DNA of 64,000 bases from Catajapyx aquilonaris (taxonomy: Eukaryota): positions 62,001-126,000 of the forward strand of contig KZ537976.1 of the NCBI GenBank assembly GCA_000934665.2, in the 5' to 3' direction. Position 1 is the first letter of the stretch, and each line of letters starts with the position of its first letter. The notes beneath the pieces were generated by a model. It made no database searches. It was given only the letters and a program-made list of their open reading frames with translations, and was not told the DNA's origin. Shown in pieces: positions 13,601 to 27,540 of this stretch. The position numbers were made by a program, and so were the translations under genes.

Positions 13601-16600
13601 CGGCCAGATGTTGCAGGGGGGGAATGAGTAATGGTTCACAGGCCGAACGTGACTCTTATTTCCCCGCGAATTTCGAGCCCATTACTGTAAACTGCACCCT
13701 CTTTTTTCGCCAAAAAAAATTGTACAGGGGTGGTGAATTGCGCAAGTAACTTTGCGGGGTGGTTCGGGGTAATAAAAAAAATGCATCATGGGAAAATATT
13801 CTGTAGAATTGGTTTGGCGGATAGGACAAGTAGCTGGGACGGATCGAATTGGAATTCAAACGCGCCCCGATGGCACGTCGTAATTCCCCAAGGGTGATGT
13901 AAAGGTAGGAAGAGCCATTTCCAGTCGGCCTGCACTCTCTTCATTCATGTCGGAAACAACTTCTCTTTTTTTTCTCTCCCCCTCTCTTTTCTTCCTCTTA
14001 TTTTCCTGGAGGCGTCCCTTCTCTTCCAGACCGTTCCAGACTCACCTTTTCCCTGACTTGAGCAGATAGATCTTCTAACTTGACTTCCGTGTGCAGCATT
14101 TTTATTGATAATTACTTGGGGAGAGAAAATAACAAGGGACCGAACCACGCTGCGGAAGAGTCGTTTTGTCACGCCTTGTCTACTTTTTCTCTTTTTTTTC
14201 AGCCCGAGTTTTCATGATTCAATTTGTTTCCTTTTTTTGCGAGATTAGTTGCCAGGGACGACTCCCAATTTGAAGATTTTTTTTGGGTTCTGTACCTGGT
14301 ATTAATTTCTGGACTTCTAGTCTTCTACAGGACGAACTGGGTGGTGTTGATAATTAGTTTCTTAGGTACTGGCACTGCCTTTGAATAATTTTGAAAAACA
14401 TTTCTTGTACAGTGCGGATGACGGTTTTTGCCTTGTTGGTTGAGAGTTTTTATCGGATTACTGAAGGCCAAGTGCACTTTGCCGCGTAACAAGAGAAAAA
14501 AAAGAGTGCATTTCTTGCATGATGAGAGAAAGTCTAAACAATATCAATCGTTGATTCAAGAAATCCCGGTACGTAAGAGTTTTAATTTGTTCGGTTCGAT
14601 TCGGTTGCACTTCTGATTTTAATTTAATGTGCGACAATTTTTATTTGTTATTAATACACGTTGATGTTTCCGGTACAGTACTCTTGTTTATGGCAGCTAA
14701 TTATGCGGAGGATTTGTTGAAACAGCCTGTGGCACTTTATAAAATTAGCATATTTTTTTGATAGTCTGTAACTTTGTTGATTCTCCAGCCCGTCTTCATT
14801 TTGCTGCGTGGATTTCACCAGGAATGTTTTGGTACAGTTTTCGCATTTCAGCCGTTTATTTTCTTTCTACATTTTTTTTGCAACAAAACCGCTGGCTGCT
14901 CCCCGGAGCTTTATTGTTATCGTCAGGCTTTCAATTAACTTGTCACGCACTATTAACAAGCACGCGCTTACAGGTAGCACACATGTAATACACCAGAGTG
15001 TCAGCAGGGTATGAAGGCAGAAAGAGAGCCCCTGTCACACCGTCACTGGGAACACAAGTTGGCTTAATAATGTGTTCCGGAAATTTTTGGCATACAGGAC
15101 ACGTCGCACCGTACAGTATACATCGCCATTGTACGGTTTGTCTGAATATTGGGGGGGGGGCATGTAATGGAAAGGCATGGTCCGCCACATTCAGTCGTGG
15201 ATAGTACCCTTCTGTCATTTGAACAAGAAAATGCAGTTGGACACATTACTGCACTTTCCAACCCTTCTGAGTGTGATCCTCTTTCTCACTCCGGCGCCAA
15301 TAAGAAAGCCAAGCGATAACTCCAGCTTGCAAGTGACGGGGAAGGAAAGTCTCGGTTACTCGTTCGGTTTATCTGTGGTGACGAGGAGTGAAGAGGTCGT
15401 AACAAGTAGTTTTCCGGGGTCGAAGTGGGTCCCTGTCCTCTCCTAAGGAGTCATCAGCTTCCCATCCTTAACTTGGTGTATTAGGAAGCAGAGTAGTAGC
15501 AAACAGGGCGGGGGGTTGGGTGGGGATGAAAGTCTTGGCTTTTTGCCTGCTTTCATTATAGGCTGAGGCAAATGCTTTGAAGTCTGGGAATGCCAATCGG
15601 ATGCTTAGTTGCAAGGGAGTTATGCTGGGTTTTGGGAATAGTTGGAATGGCTGCAATTGCCAGAAGAGACTCTGATTACACCCTGAGGGTGCAAGTTGCG
15701 CTGAGTAAAGGAAGGCTTTAAGTGCAACCTTCAAGTCCTTGTGTCGCGCAGTACAAAAGGGAAGTCCTTTGGCCCTCCCCAACAGCATCCCCCCCTCTTT
15801 TTGAGGTTCAAAAGAAAAGGCTCTCGAGAAGACGTCGGGGTCCTAGACTATCGCCGTCTATCTAGGGAGGGAAAAGGCCTGCGAGGCAATTTGCAGCAGA
15901 AGTAGGGAAGAGGCATCCCCTTTTGGAGAATCGAAGGCTGGTGTTTTGAAGCCTGTATAGATACCTCCCCCGTCTGCTTGGCTGAACATGAATGTGCTGA
16001 AATGGTTTGGTCATTGGTTGGACGCACTCTGACATTAACAGGCTCGTCCCAATATGCGCGTCATAATTTGATTTCCCATAAATTGCGACCGACTGTTGGG
16101 TCTGTCGGACTGCTCAAGAACATCCTATTGTTGTGGCGTTATAGCCGTTCTGCAGCATTGTAGGGCAGCGATGGAGTGTTTGATGGGCATAACCTGAATC
16201 CCGGAGTCATGAAAGGACCCCCCTCCCCCGCAACCCTCTCTCCGGGAAATCGAGTCGGATTAGGTCGGGCCGTAGATCAAATCAGTCGCGCTTCCATCTC
16301 GGGCAGGATTTAGAGGCATACACGCGTCATTACTGCAGGATCCGGGGAAATAAAGTGAGCTTTACGATTCTTTTACGTCGGCCCGAATTGTTCGGTGTTG
16401 GCTTGTAAATGCAACCTCATGCCCGTATACAGATTTTCATTGGACCATATCCGCCGCGGTTAGAGAGAGAGCGAGGCAATGCAATATCACACGCATCCTC
16501 TGTGTCCTTCATGTCTGCAAGCATATGAGCTATAGGGAGTTCGTTTAATACGCACTCCAGGTGCTGGGGATAAGGTGCTTTCAAAGTGTTTTAACGACGT

Positions 16601-19600
16601 TATGCTATGGCCTCACTTATTCTGCAGCCTCCCCCCAAATGGCGTGGGTTGAAGCAACATGTGTATATAGTATTCAAAGACCGTACGGTCCTGCATGCAC
16701 GCTAACTCCACTCGTACACCCAGGATTCCCCCGGCGTCATAAACCTTGCGGGCATTAAATTTACACTAGGTTTGCAATGTAATCACTACCTAATTAACAA
16801 TTACTGTCTGCGCGGCAGGCTCCTAATGAAAATGGATGGTATCATGTGTGTGGGGGGAGAGGGAGAAGGTTTCTTTTGGGAGCTCAAAACGTTATTTTCA
16901 TTTGTAATATAAAGTTATTGTTTTCAACTTCAGGTAATTTTCACGTAATATTTAGTATCAGGTTCACTAGCTAATATCGCACAATTTAAAAACAATTTTT
17001 GTGTGTGTTTATTTATAGCAGCCCGTTCTTCACAAGACTTGATTCCATAATATTACTCGCAGTCATGGTAACCAAACTGGGACTTACAAACCAACAAACT
17101 TTACATTATATATACTGTACGAGTAGATATGTTTGTTTGTCCTGTCGATCTGACATCACAAGGTGGGCTTGACATTAATTTTTGTGCCTTTACTTTGTTT
17201 AAACACCCGGATCGGAATATATAAAACATCTGGCGAGTATAATACAATGTTGTCGTAAATCCGACCGCATAAAAGTGTCCAGTGCAGCTGCTAATAGTCC
17301 GCTCATTTCTCATAAAATTCTCAATTTTTTTTTCTCTCCCGGTCCCCCCTCGTGATATCTCACCATTGTTTCTTCCTTGTTTACAACTTCTCACCTCCAG
17401 GCCGACACTTTTAAGCCCTCCCCCGTTGAATTACTGCGTGCAAAATAATTTCGTGCACGGCGAACCTTGTCTGATAACATCTACCCCCATCGATTGCAAA
17501 ACCCAAGGAGGTTTGCCTTTAGAGCAGGCAACGCTAGACAGAGGAAAAGAGGAAGAAGCAGCCGTCTTCTACCCTCCAAAAGCCATAAATTTTCATGCAG
17601 CTCGGCTGCGAAAGTGAGTTGGCGCAATTTAGAGGCCTGCTCCTGCAGAAAACTTTTTTTTTTTTCCTTTCTTCCTCCTCTTCACTTTCCTCCTTTTCTT
17701 TCTTGCTAGCTAAGAGTTTCCAGGTAACGGTCTTTACAATCCTTGGCACACAATGGGTTGGTTGAGAGATACGCGTGTCATTTTATTGTTACCATTTAGC
17801 TCGATGCCAAGTTTGAGTTAGATGCTGATAAAAGGCGGTTAATTAGGAAGCTCATGTTTCTCGCTAACATGCTATGGTGAAGAACATTGCCGTTTCCTTG
17901 CACGAGGAGGAAGTCTGGTTGTATACAACACGACTTACTAGGGCTGCTTAGATATCTGTCATGCAGACTGTACTTGGTTAATTTTGTTTCGATTTATGCA
18001 AGCAATGATGGATCTGTATGCACAAAAAACTGAGTCCATTAAAACGTGATGTAACCTATTCTGAGAAGAGGTCCGGAGTGTTGAATGGCCAAGAGGGGGG
18101 ACCCTGCGGCTAATTGTCGGGGTAATTAGTATATTGGGGCAGACGGGCAGAGAGTGAAGTGTTGGAGGCCTCGGGTGTGATATGCGGCCGTGAGCTTTGG
18201 CAGAGTGAGTTTCCACTCGGCTACATCGCGCAGGCTGCACGGACGGAGAGAGAGGGTTTTTGACCGACGACCTTGTGCAGAGAATGACATCCATGAACCT
18301 GTGCTTTCCACTCCGACACGTTGATTCTCTGATGGCGCACACACACACACACAAAAAAGAGGTAGTTTTCGTGGACGTTATGAAGCTGGGCGGTACAGGC
18401 TCGTAATCTTGTTAAGGACAGCGTGGTCTATATATATTTTTGGGATGCAGGTGCGAAAGTGGAATGGCGTGTTTTGCGAGGGTCGCATAATTTATGATGA
18501 TGCATACGGTGCGTTATGTAGCTGACAATCAACGTATCGGACGATTTTTTTTTTGCGACAATGAATTTTAGCTTCTATGGTATAGCGGTGCTGGGTAGGG
18601 CTGTGACTTGATGGGGAGGGTGAGATTAATTAAAGGAGCCGTTTAGTTCCAGGCCAGAAGTAAAGGCTATTACTCGTTGGGGGAGGTCGCGTCGGGTTTA
18701 ATAGGACCTCTCCGGATTCCTTCTTTTGCGCCCCCAGGGCTGTTTACTTTTACACCCAAGTGAAGCTGCAGCCAATGTCCCGTCTCCTACTCTCGGCTGG
18801 AGGATTTATTTTCCCTTTTGTGTGCGCCCAGGACCAGGCTCCAATGCCCATTAGTTGCTCTTGGGAGCCCGGATTTTCGGATCCGGAATGGCACCCCCCC
18901 AGTCCCTCTAATTCATGACGACGGCCATGGGTGTAAAGACTTCACGTCCGGTTACGGCAGAAATTTCTTTCAATGTCTGCCACGCTCGTGCTCCAAAAGG
19001 GTTTTCCACCTGCAAATGTTTTTTCTTCGGGAATTCAGTTTCCGTTTCTTATGTGGGTAATACAAGGCCGGTCGTTTTTTTGTGTACTTTGTAGAGTTAA
19101 CCGCACTGGGCAAGTCGGCGTTTGTTGAAACTAATGTCGGCCCTAAGCCGGAATAATAATTCAACGGAGCTACATTTCCCCTCTAAAAAGGACAAAGGGA
19201 AGGCAGTCAGTTAACTTATGTAATCTAACTCTGGTTTACTGACTTCACTGGCCTTTAATTGTTAGTGACATTGTTGAGAGTCAGTGTTGTCCATTGTTAG
19301 TACCCATGTTTCCGATGTGTGCGACAAAAATGCAATAATTAATCAACTGCTGTAATGGAAATGCGATTGCCTGACTTGCTAAAGCGACGCGTAAATTTAT
19401 ATTGTAATTCCAAATTATCATGCATACATGTTTTTTTGTGTAAACCACGTGGCATGCCACCAGTGTACATGGCATTATTACACAGGGCAGCAATAATAAT
19501 TATTCATTATTGGTTACAACGCGATAGGCATGTGTGGTCTAACCAGAGTTCATTCAAACATTTCGTTGCCGATATACTTTTTTAATAGAGTGAGTGGAAA

Positions 19601-22600
19601 CGGGAGACATGGAGCAATAACAATCACATAAAATAGTCATTAACAATGAAAATAAAACGTGTGCATTTCCGAGTTGTAAATAAATCTTCGGCTCCCCCTT
19701 GGTTTCCCACAACTTGTAACAAGCAACATAACAAGCAATCTTATCATTTGAATAAACACATTTCCTCTCCGGCATTGCAGTCCCGTCCGGCCAACTAAAT
19801 CCAATTGAGTGGCGGCCCTAGTTATGCTTGTTTTGCCCCGTTATGCAAATACCATTGTGAACCTTAAACGGCTTAATTCGTGCGGCAAGCAGATCTAACC
19901 ACTTTCCCCGGGCCCTGCCCAATTATTATGTGGTTTTCCCCTTCTGCAGTAATTCAAAACAGTGTCCAAGGGAGCGTTAAGAAGAAATTTTCTCCGGGCT
20001 GTAATGAGTTGGCCGAATTCAATTTACTCCGCATCAGTTTTTGGTGGGGTGGGAGAAAACGCTTTTGTAAATACCCGGTACCCATTGTTTAATTCCCTGG
20101 TTGCTCTAATGGGGATGAAAATGCCACATTTCATTTCCCCTAAATTGCTTCCCCAGCATATCCCTTGCGGCCACACAAAAATTGCAAAGTAAACAAACAG
20201 CTCTCTTTTTATTGCCCTCTTCAACTTTTTTTATTTTGCACATTTCACATCCCGCATTATAAATTTGATGGACTTATGAGCTAAACACACTGCTTAATGA
20301 TGGCCCCCTCATTAGAGGAGGCAATCTGATGTACTTTGTTTAAAGGCCAGGATTCATCATTGGACCTGGGAAGGAAAAGCATGCTTGCGGCCCATATCGT
20401 AAAAGTGGGGGTGTAATTTCAAGCCAAAGAAGCCTATAACCAAGCAGTAGACTTAGAGGGAATTCCATCGTTGCCTTGATGGTAATCGGGCCCATTTGCA
20501 GGCTCTGGCCCTGGTGAGAAGAGGTTACGCGAAGGAGTTGGGAGTAATTTTGTGTGCGGAAATATGTTTTCCCTTTAGGAAGTTTAGACTATATCGGCGA
20601 GATTGAGCTCGGAGCGCTTATAATCGAGGGAAGGCTGTAATCCGCGAAACTATGGGATGCTAAAAGCAGGTTGTTTTCTTATGTACAAAATAACGTTCAG
20701 TACAAGTTAGTTTAACCAGCAGCTCTTTCGACTCTATGGCTTTTAAAAAAAAGCGTGAATGCCCGAGCGAATGTGGGGGATGCGGTGTTGTCTCTTTTCC
20801 GGCATAAAACACAGCCACCTGATTGCCTGGTGCTGAAGGCTACTTTGGAAGCGGTTGCCATTCGGTGAACATGGCTTGTGTGGTTCCGCAAATAATCGCA
20901 CACAATGCGTATAGGCGCAAAAAGACACGGGGCGTTTCGGCCCCTATTATTCCCGCGAATGAATAAGCGTCGGGGGGCAGTATTTATACACACCGGGGCG
21001 TAGTTGTTCACGGAAGACCGGAACAGACTGCATCCGGAGCGTGAAAAAGTTAAATTCAGCATGAATTTTCTAATGCGCCAGCGGATTTGGAGATTGCCAG
21101 CAAATGGGTCGTCACTCTGATGATGACTACGGATACGCCCTCCGAACACTATTGGCCGCTATACCTATCCCGAATTATGAGGTCTCTGGACCGTGATGCT
21201 GGAAAAGGGGCATGCCATTGTCCTCTTGTGCGACTGCAAAAAAAATATCATATGCTCTGGTACATTTCTCAAAACTGGTGAAAATGCTTTGGAAAACTGT
21301 TACAGCCCAAACATTATTCTGCGGAGAGTTCCGACTCATCCTGTACGTAACCGACTAAATGTATAGCTGTGTACAGTACAAGCGATAGTTCCAACAATAC
21401 AAGTAAACACAACTAGTGCTGGAGAAGAGAGTAAATACAGCAGCAGACTTTGTAATTATTTTTTGAAGCTAAAACACCGCTACTTTTATTATTCTAACAG
21501 GATTAGCTTCCGCGATAAACGGCGAAAAATAAATGGCTGCAATGATGATTCTGCAAACAGAGTTTGGCCAAAAGGCAATTTGGCAAACACGCTTTAAAAT
21601 GCGCAAAAAAGTGTGTCGCCTAATTTGGTTTGACCGATTTTATTGGCCCTGCTGTTTCTCCTGAACTGGAAACAGTCACATAACCATGGTGCGGAGTGAT
21701 GTGTTTTAACCATTTAATTGACACATTTTCCACGGTTAATGTCACCTTCCAGATGAACTTATCTGGAAATGCCTGCCGACAAGAGCAGCATCTGCCTCAG
21801 GCGAAGGGTTTAACTCCAGGGGCATTTATCTTGCGCCCTTCCGAAAAAAAGTCGGCTATCGGCAGACTTATGAGGGGTGGTTTATAGCCCAGGCTTCAAA
21901 ATCATGTATCCATCACCCATAAACTGCCCGTTAAAGGGTGTTTGGCCTGCTTAATATTATTAGCACGAAGAGGATCTATCGGGTACTGACAAAAATAATT
22001 AAAATGAACCGGCGCTATTGCACTCGAACCCCATGTTTTTGCCGATTCTCCGCATGATATGCAGTAAGTTATATTGTTTCAATTGCATGTTTTGATGCAC
22101 AGCTGGCTTCGATTGCGATCCGTGGTCCGGAAGAGGGGAGCTCCCCGCATTTTTGTATTGAATTTGCAGCTTCATTTTGGATCATACCATCCCTTTCGGC
22201 GTGCGTTGAATTTCGCTGATTTAATATACTAACTGACACTGCAGGGGGCTGTCGATGCAACCTAATAATGTATTACAACGAGAGAGCTTGATTTCTGCTT
22301 AAAACTAATTGTCTTCAGGATCGAGCTTGCTGATGCGTACTCACTGGAAATAATAACATTTGCAACCTGTGTTTCCCCCTGTTGTTGGCAATTAGGAACT
22401 GAATTTCAAAAGCCCGCCGGGTCTTTCCAAATTGCTATAAATTATTATTCGCTTTTACGACTCCTGCTGAAACATTTAGGCCACATTGAACTAATATAGG
22501 GTTGAGCAGATATCTGATCAATTGTTGGCAACAGTACAGGGCAGTGTCCTGATGGATAATATAATAACTCTTTTGCTCGCTGATTTTTTTTTCTTCTAAA

Positions 22601-23743
22601 GCTGTGGAGTGGATTTGTACATATAACTTGGCTGGCGAAGGCATTCAAAGTAGGTGCATTTCCATAAAAAGCGGTCTCTTGGGAGTGGAGGAAACGCATA
22701 ACCCTCGAGAGAAATTACGTTGCACCCAACCATCCGAGCTTCCAAAAACTTATGGGGGTCATCCATTGCCATCGAAATATTATTTTTTTGGGATTTATGT
22801 ACTGTGGGGCCAGTACTCAAAAATTATTTAGGAGGAATTTAGCTTGCGCCTCGAACCAGTGGAAATGTATTCAGCTACAGTTTGTCATCCAGACGTTATT
22901 TATTAATTATTGCGCCGTTTTGGGAAACGGCTTCAAAATAACTCGTCTTTATACAGTGAAATGATTGTTTCACACACTTGATGATGAATACGCCGCTGTT
23001 GTAATTAACTTATCCAGTAATTAATTCGGAAAGTGCTGGTTATAAAGTTAAGTTGTACAGTAGTGTAAAAACACCGAACCCGTCAAACTCTGGTTTTTCT
23101 GGTTTTTCAACTTGTTTGACATGCCGTCAAGTGCCGAGAAGTTTCAAACTGTTTTTATGTATCACTGATACGCCGTTAGTTTCTGAAGCCCGCCGTAAAA
23201 AAATTCCCCGCAAAACCGCCCGTTTTTTGTCCGACTCGTCATCTCTTCATCCTGGAAGTTAGCTAACCTATGCGCTTCTCTTGTCAAATTTTTGTCGACT
23301 TTACAGGAGCAAAATGGATTGGATTTTAACTGTAAAGTGCTGCTAACGTAAGATGTGAAAATTTTGCAATTAAATTGTTGCTCAGAAATTCTTGCCATTA
23401 AACTATTATTTTTTAACGATTGTCATTAGTACCGGGAAATTATTTGTACTAAATGTACTATTAGCTAGGACAGATTTAGCAGTATTTTGACACTCCTGAG
23501 TCTGACAACCCAGTTTGGTTCCATGCACCCTGACCAACGCATATAAAAATAACGAGATAAAAAAAAATCGGCGTGACCGAGTTGGAGTCAGCAAAAGAAT
23601 CGATTTGATCTGTATGTTGGTGCTTGTGTAGACAACACTGGCTAATTGCTGTATGTTATTTATTCAGCGTTGGGTGCGGAATATAACGAACGAGCAATTA
23701 GAGCAGAGGAGGCCTTCACTGCGCTGTCGCAAAACTAGGAAAA

Positions 23744-24102
23744 GGGGTTGGGGATGGCGGGGGAGGGAAGGGAAGCCCCCGAAGTGGGGAGGAGCTCCGT
23801 CCGGCAGTCGGTTTGGGGCTTCCGAAGGGCACGTTTCGTTGTCTTAACCGGCGCCGGTACATATACCACGCGGTACCGGTGTCCTGCTGATGCGTCGCAG
23901 GCATGTGTATTCAAGTCTGCACAGATCACTCACACCAAGTTGGGGCTCACAGGAGACCAGGGTGAATTTTGACGTCATGATCTCGTGCACTTAGAGAAAA
24001 AAAGTATCAGGTGAAAACTGTGTTGTGTGCCCGGTCTTTTTGTGAGGTAAATGCGGACCAGTTTGGGAGTGTTCAGGTGATGAGTTGAAGGAGAAGCGTG
24101 AC
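23744..24102 (+). promoter_or_regulatory. Putative Syt4 promoter / 5' UTR
   Basis: G-rich tract 23744-23772, Inr-like GCAGTC (A at 23806), palindromic CRE TGACGTCA at 23970-23977 and short uORFs, all directly upstream of the candidate first coding exon. Confidence 0.4.
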
Positions 24103-24139
24103 ATGTTGGAAGTGTTAGCCAGCGTCTCGCACTTTGCAG
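24103..24139 (+). CDS. Syt4: Candidate first coding exon of synaptotagmin-4 (MLEVLASVSHFA + phase-1 G)
   Basis: ATG at 24103 follows an in-frame TGA (24043). It ends at a consensus donor CAG|GTAAGT in phase 1, matching the phase-1 start of the 49524 exon (G+TG=Val), giving MLEVLASVSHFAVTTPALVG. No homology support for this segment; implied intron 25.4 kb. Confidence 0.55.
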
Positions 24140-27100
24140 GTAAGTTGACCCCCCAATCAAAAGTTGACAAAAATAAAATTATCAAGTTTAAAGTTAATTG
24201 AATCCATGTAGAGAAAAGCAATGTCTATTCTCTCACTTGTGCTGTCCCCGGTCCTAACCTTACAAAACTCCATTACCGAATGAGCAACGGGCAAGTAAAG
24301 AGGAGAGCTTCGGGGCGTTGGGAATTTAATAGACTTCTCCGCTACGAATCCTTCAGGTGAGGAGAGACATCGTAATGGAATTAAGAGGGTGGTTGAATGA
24401 CCCCCCATGGGGGTGGGAAGAAGAGCATCTAACTCGAAACAAAATTAGGCGATTTTTTGGGGGGATCGTTGTTCTGAATCGTGACTGTATATGTGGAAAA
24501 TATGCTTGTCACTTGATGGGAATTTTCGCAACAGAAAATTCTCCAGCAATGGTCGAATATGAAAATGCATACAAATAAGACGCTTTTCGCATACCCACCG
24601 TGGCATCCATATTTATCAGCTTGCTCTTCTCTTTGTGTCCTGTGCACATACACACTCCCACACACACAAAAAACAGAGCGTTGATTAGTTGACACGGCGG
24701 CGGTTTGCATGTAAATTGTCATAGGAGTGTCAGCCCATTCCGCCAGCACCTTCCACTTGATTTCCGGGGGCCAATTTTGGTAGGGCCAAAATAATTGGGG
24801 AGTGCTTTTCCTCTCTGTATGATGACGGTCGGAGGGGCCAATTTGATGCCAGGGAGCGATAGTGACGAGTGAAGGAGGCTACTTACTAGGGGGGGTGTGC
24901 CTGCCCCAGAGGGATAAGATCCTATTTCTCCTACTCATTCCCTCCACAAACACCATTTTGCGCTGTGCAAACCCAAGGCCCAGTCAATTACCAGGGCTTG
25001 AGATGTTTATCCCATTTCATTCGCTTCCATGCGCCTCGGCAATTTATGGCGAGTTCCGGCCGGAGTGTGTTCAGGTTGTGTTTGTTTTCGTAATTATGTG
25101 CGCGATTTTACTCCCGGATTTTAAAGCGCAAAGTATACGACGGGGAAAGGAGGTGTGACGCTCGAAATTAGGCGTCTAATTATTAGAACGAACCAACAAA
25201 CTTGCACTCTTTTTTATTTTGTAATAATTCGACAGAAAGTATTTGCGTTTCGCGTGTAATTTGTGATTGAAAAAGTCATCGGACACTAGACGACCTAACG
25301 ACCCTCGATGAATCTCTTCACAAAATGGCATCGTCCCTGGTAAACCAAGGAACGATCTAATTTGTCACGGAGCTTTGGAGATAATTGTCCTCAGTGGTCA
25401 TCCCACACTCGTCGATTCGCGTGCTAAAAAAGAGGGTTGGAAAACCCGCTCGGGATTTTTTTTTTGCAAACTTCCTCCCGCTTCTGACGTGAGATAAAAG
25501 GCATTTGAACCTGAGTTACTGATACATGTTTGGAAATGACATAGAGCTTCGGGCGGGTGCACTTTCAGGATAGGAGCAATACTTGGGAAAAGTTTTGGCG
25601 CCATATTTTGTACGAAAATGGAGGACGATAAGAGATGAAAATCTAACTTTTTGCCGTCTTCTTTTTGCAATTCGTACCCTGCTTTATTTCTGGCTTCAAG
25701 GACGAACATTTAAGAAATCTAAGCTAATAAGTATCGTCACAGTGGGCCATCCTCTTCTTTTCAAATGTCATGGTTTGTCACAGTAACCTTGACCTTTCAC
25801 ACCAACCTGGCCGGCATTGATGACCTCGAAACTGTGGATGTAAAGGTTAAATCACGTTAATAGTGCAGTGATTAGAGTGGGATTACATTTGGGCCATGTT
25901 AATTTTCCATGCCCTCTAATGCTGTGCAGACGAGAATTTCTGTCAAACTTTTAAATAAATAATTATGTAAGAAGTACAGCAACATGTTTGAGTTTGCAAA
26001 ATGCCACAAATGGGGTTGGCCTTTAAAACCCATCGCTATGTCACAAAAATAGAATTTAAAAAAATAATTCATTATTTTATAATCTGCAGAATACTCAGTA
26101 ACTTGATTAACTATCCAGTAAATTACCGTGACACAAAGATTCCTTCCAAGTTTACACACCGCATTCATCTTCATATCCGGTAATGGCAAAATTTTGCACG
26201 CATGTCATTAATTCCCTGCGATTCACAGTTGCCATTACTCGGTGTAAAATGGAATCAAGTTATAGGCCATACACTCAAAAAGCTGTCCATGAGACGCACC
26301 AGTCCGATTGTACTTGTACAAACACAGAACAATTCGCACACCCTGAAAATTTAACCAGTCGGGATATGTAAAAAAAAGGAAAGGGACGATAAATGCTCAC
26401 AAATAGGATGTAGAGAAGTTCCCGATGTGCAGATGGGAAGTACTACCCTACTATTGCAATATCATGTAGCATCCGAATTAATTGGGGTTTAAAATTCATT
26501 GCTATTTTCATGTTAGGCAACTGGTAACTCGTAATAGCCTTTCATTCTGTCTGAATGTTGTTTATGACCATGAGGCTGTCAAAAGAACCAAAGTTCTCGA
26601 AATATTGGGGTCATTCCGAATCAAGTGGGCCTAAATTTTACCAGAGCATCTCGGATTTTGGTGAAAAAATCACAGAAGTGCACACCTATTCCATAATGCT
26701 AAAATACAGCCATACAGGTATAACGTTTAAGCCATATTTCGCAATACCCTTGGGAGGGATGAAATCGTGAAATTGGGGAGAGCTGAAAATGAGGCTTTTT
26801 TGGAGAATTTCTTTCGGTTAGTGGAATTGGTCAAATTTTAAGCCTGGTTTATACATGGCTTGCGATAAGATGTGGGGGATGTTTCGCAGATTTATCACTA
26901 ATTTTAGGGGGCCCAAATTCTGAGACATGTCCCATGGAACCCCCCCCTCCCTCCCCCCATGCGCGGCCCACTGGTTGATCTGGACTGATGATGTGTCAAA
27001 ATGGCCAACCCTGTATAAATACTTGGCTAATTCTGGATGCCCACCATCCAATTATGGACTGAATAAAAAGCGACGTATAATAATATGTTTGAACAGCATC

Positions 27101-27540
27101 TGAGTGGAAGAATCAGGGCCACATTCTCCTGTAAATGTACAAGCTGGTTGACACTTTAATCCTCACCTCCGCCTTCGGCGCCTCTGCTGTTGGACTGTGG
27201 CAGTCAGGGTAAACCTATATGGTCGAGCTTCCCTGTGGGATTTATGAGGTGCAGAGATGGTACAGTATAATAAAGCAGATGGTTCGGTTACGGTTGTATA
27301 TTATTTCCACTTTAATCACACAAGTGTACAGTACTCTTATTGCGCTTTCCATGTATCTTTTAACCCCCAAAGTTCAATATCATGCTTCATCTTCAGCAGG
27401 CTCAGGTGCTTCTGGTCTGATGCGGTATTTCTGCATCCGGCGCACTGGTCACTCCGGCCTTCTCCGGTCGTACACCTGCTGGCCTGCTACAGTCGATCCG
27501 TTACACGACAGGTACTGCCCTGTGTGAACTGCTTGGCTGC

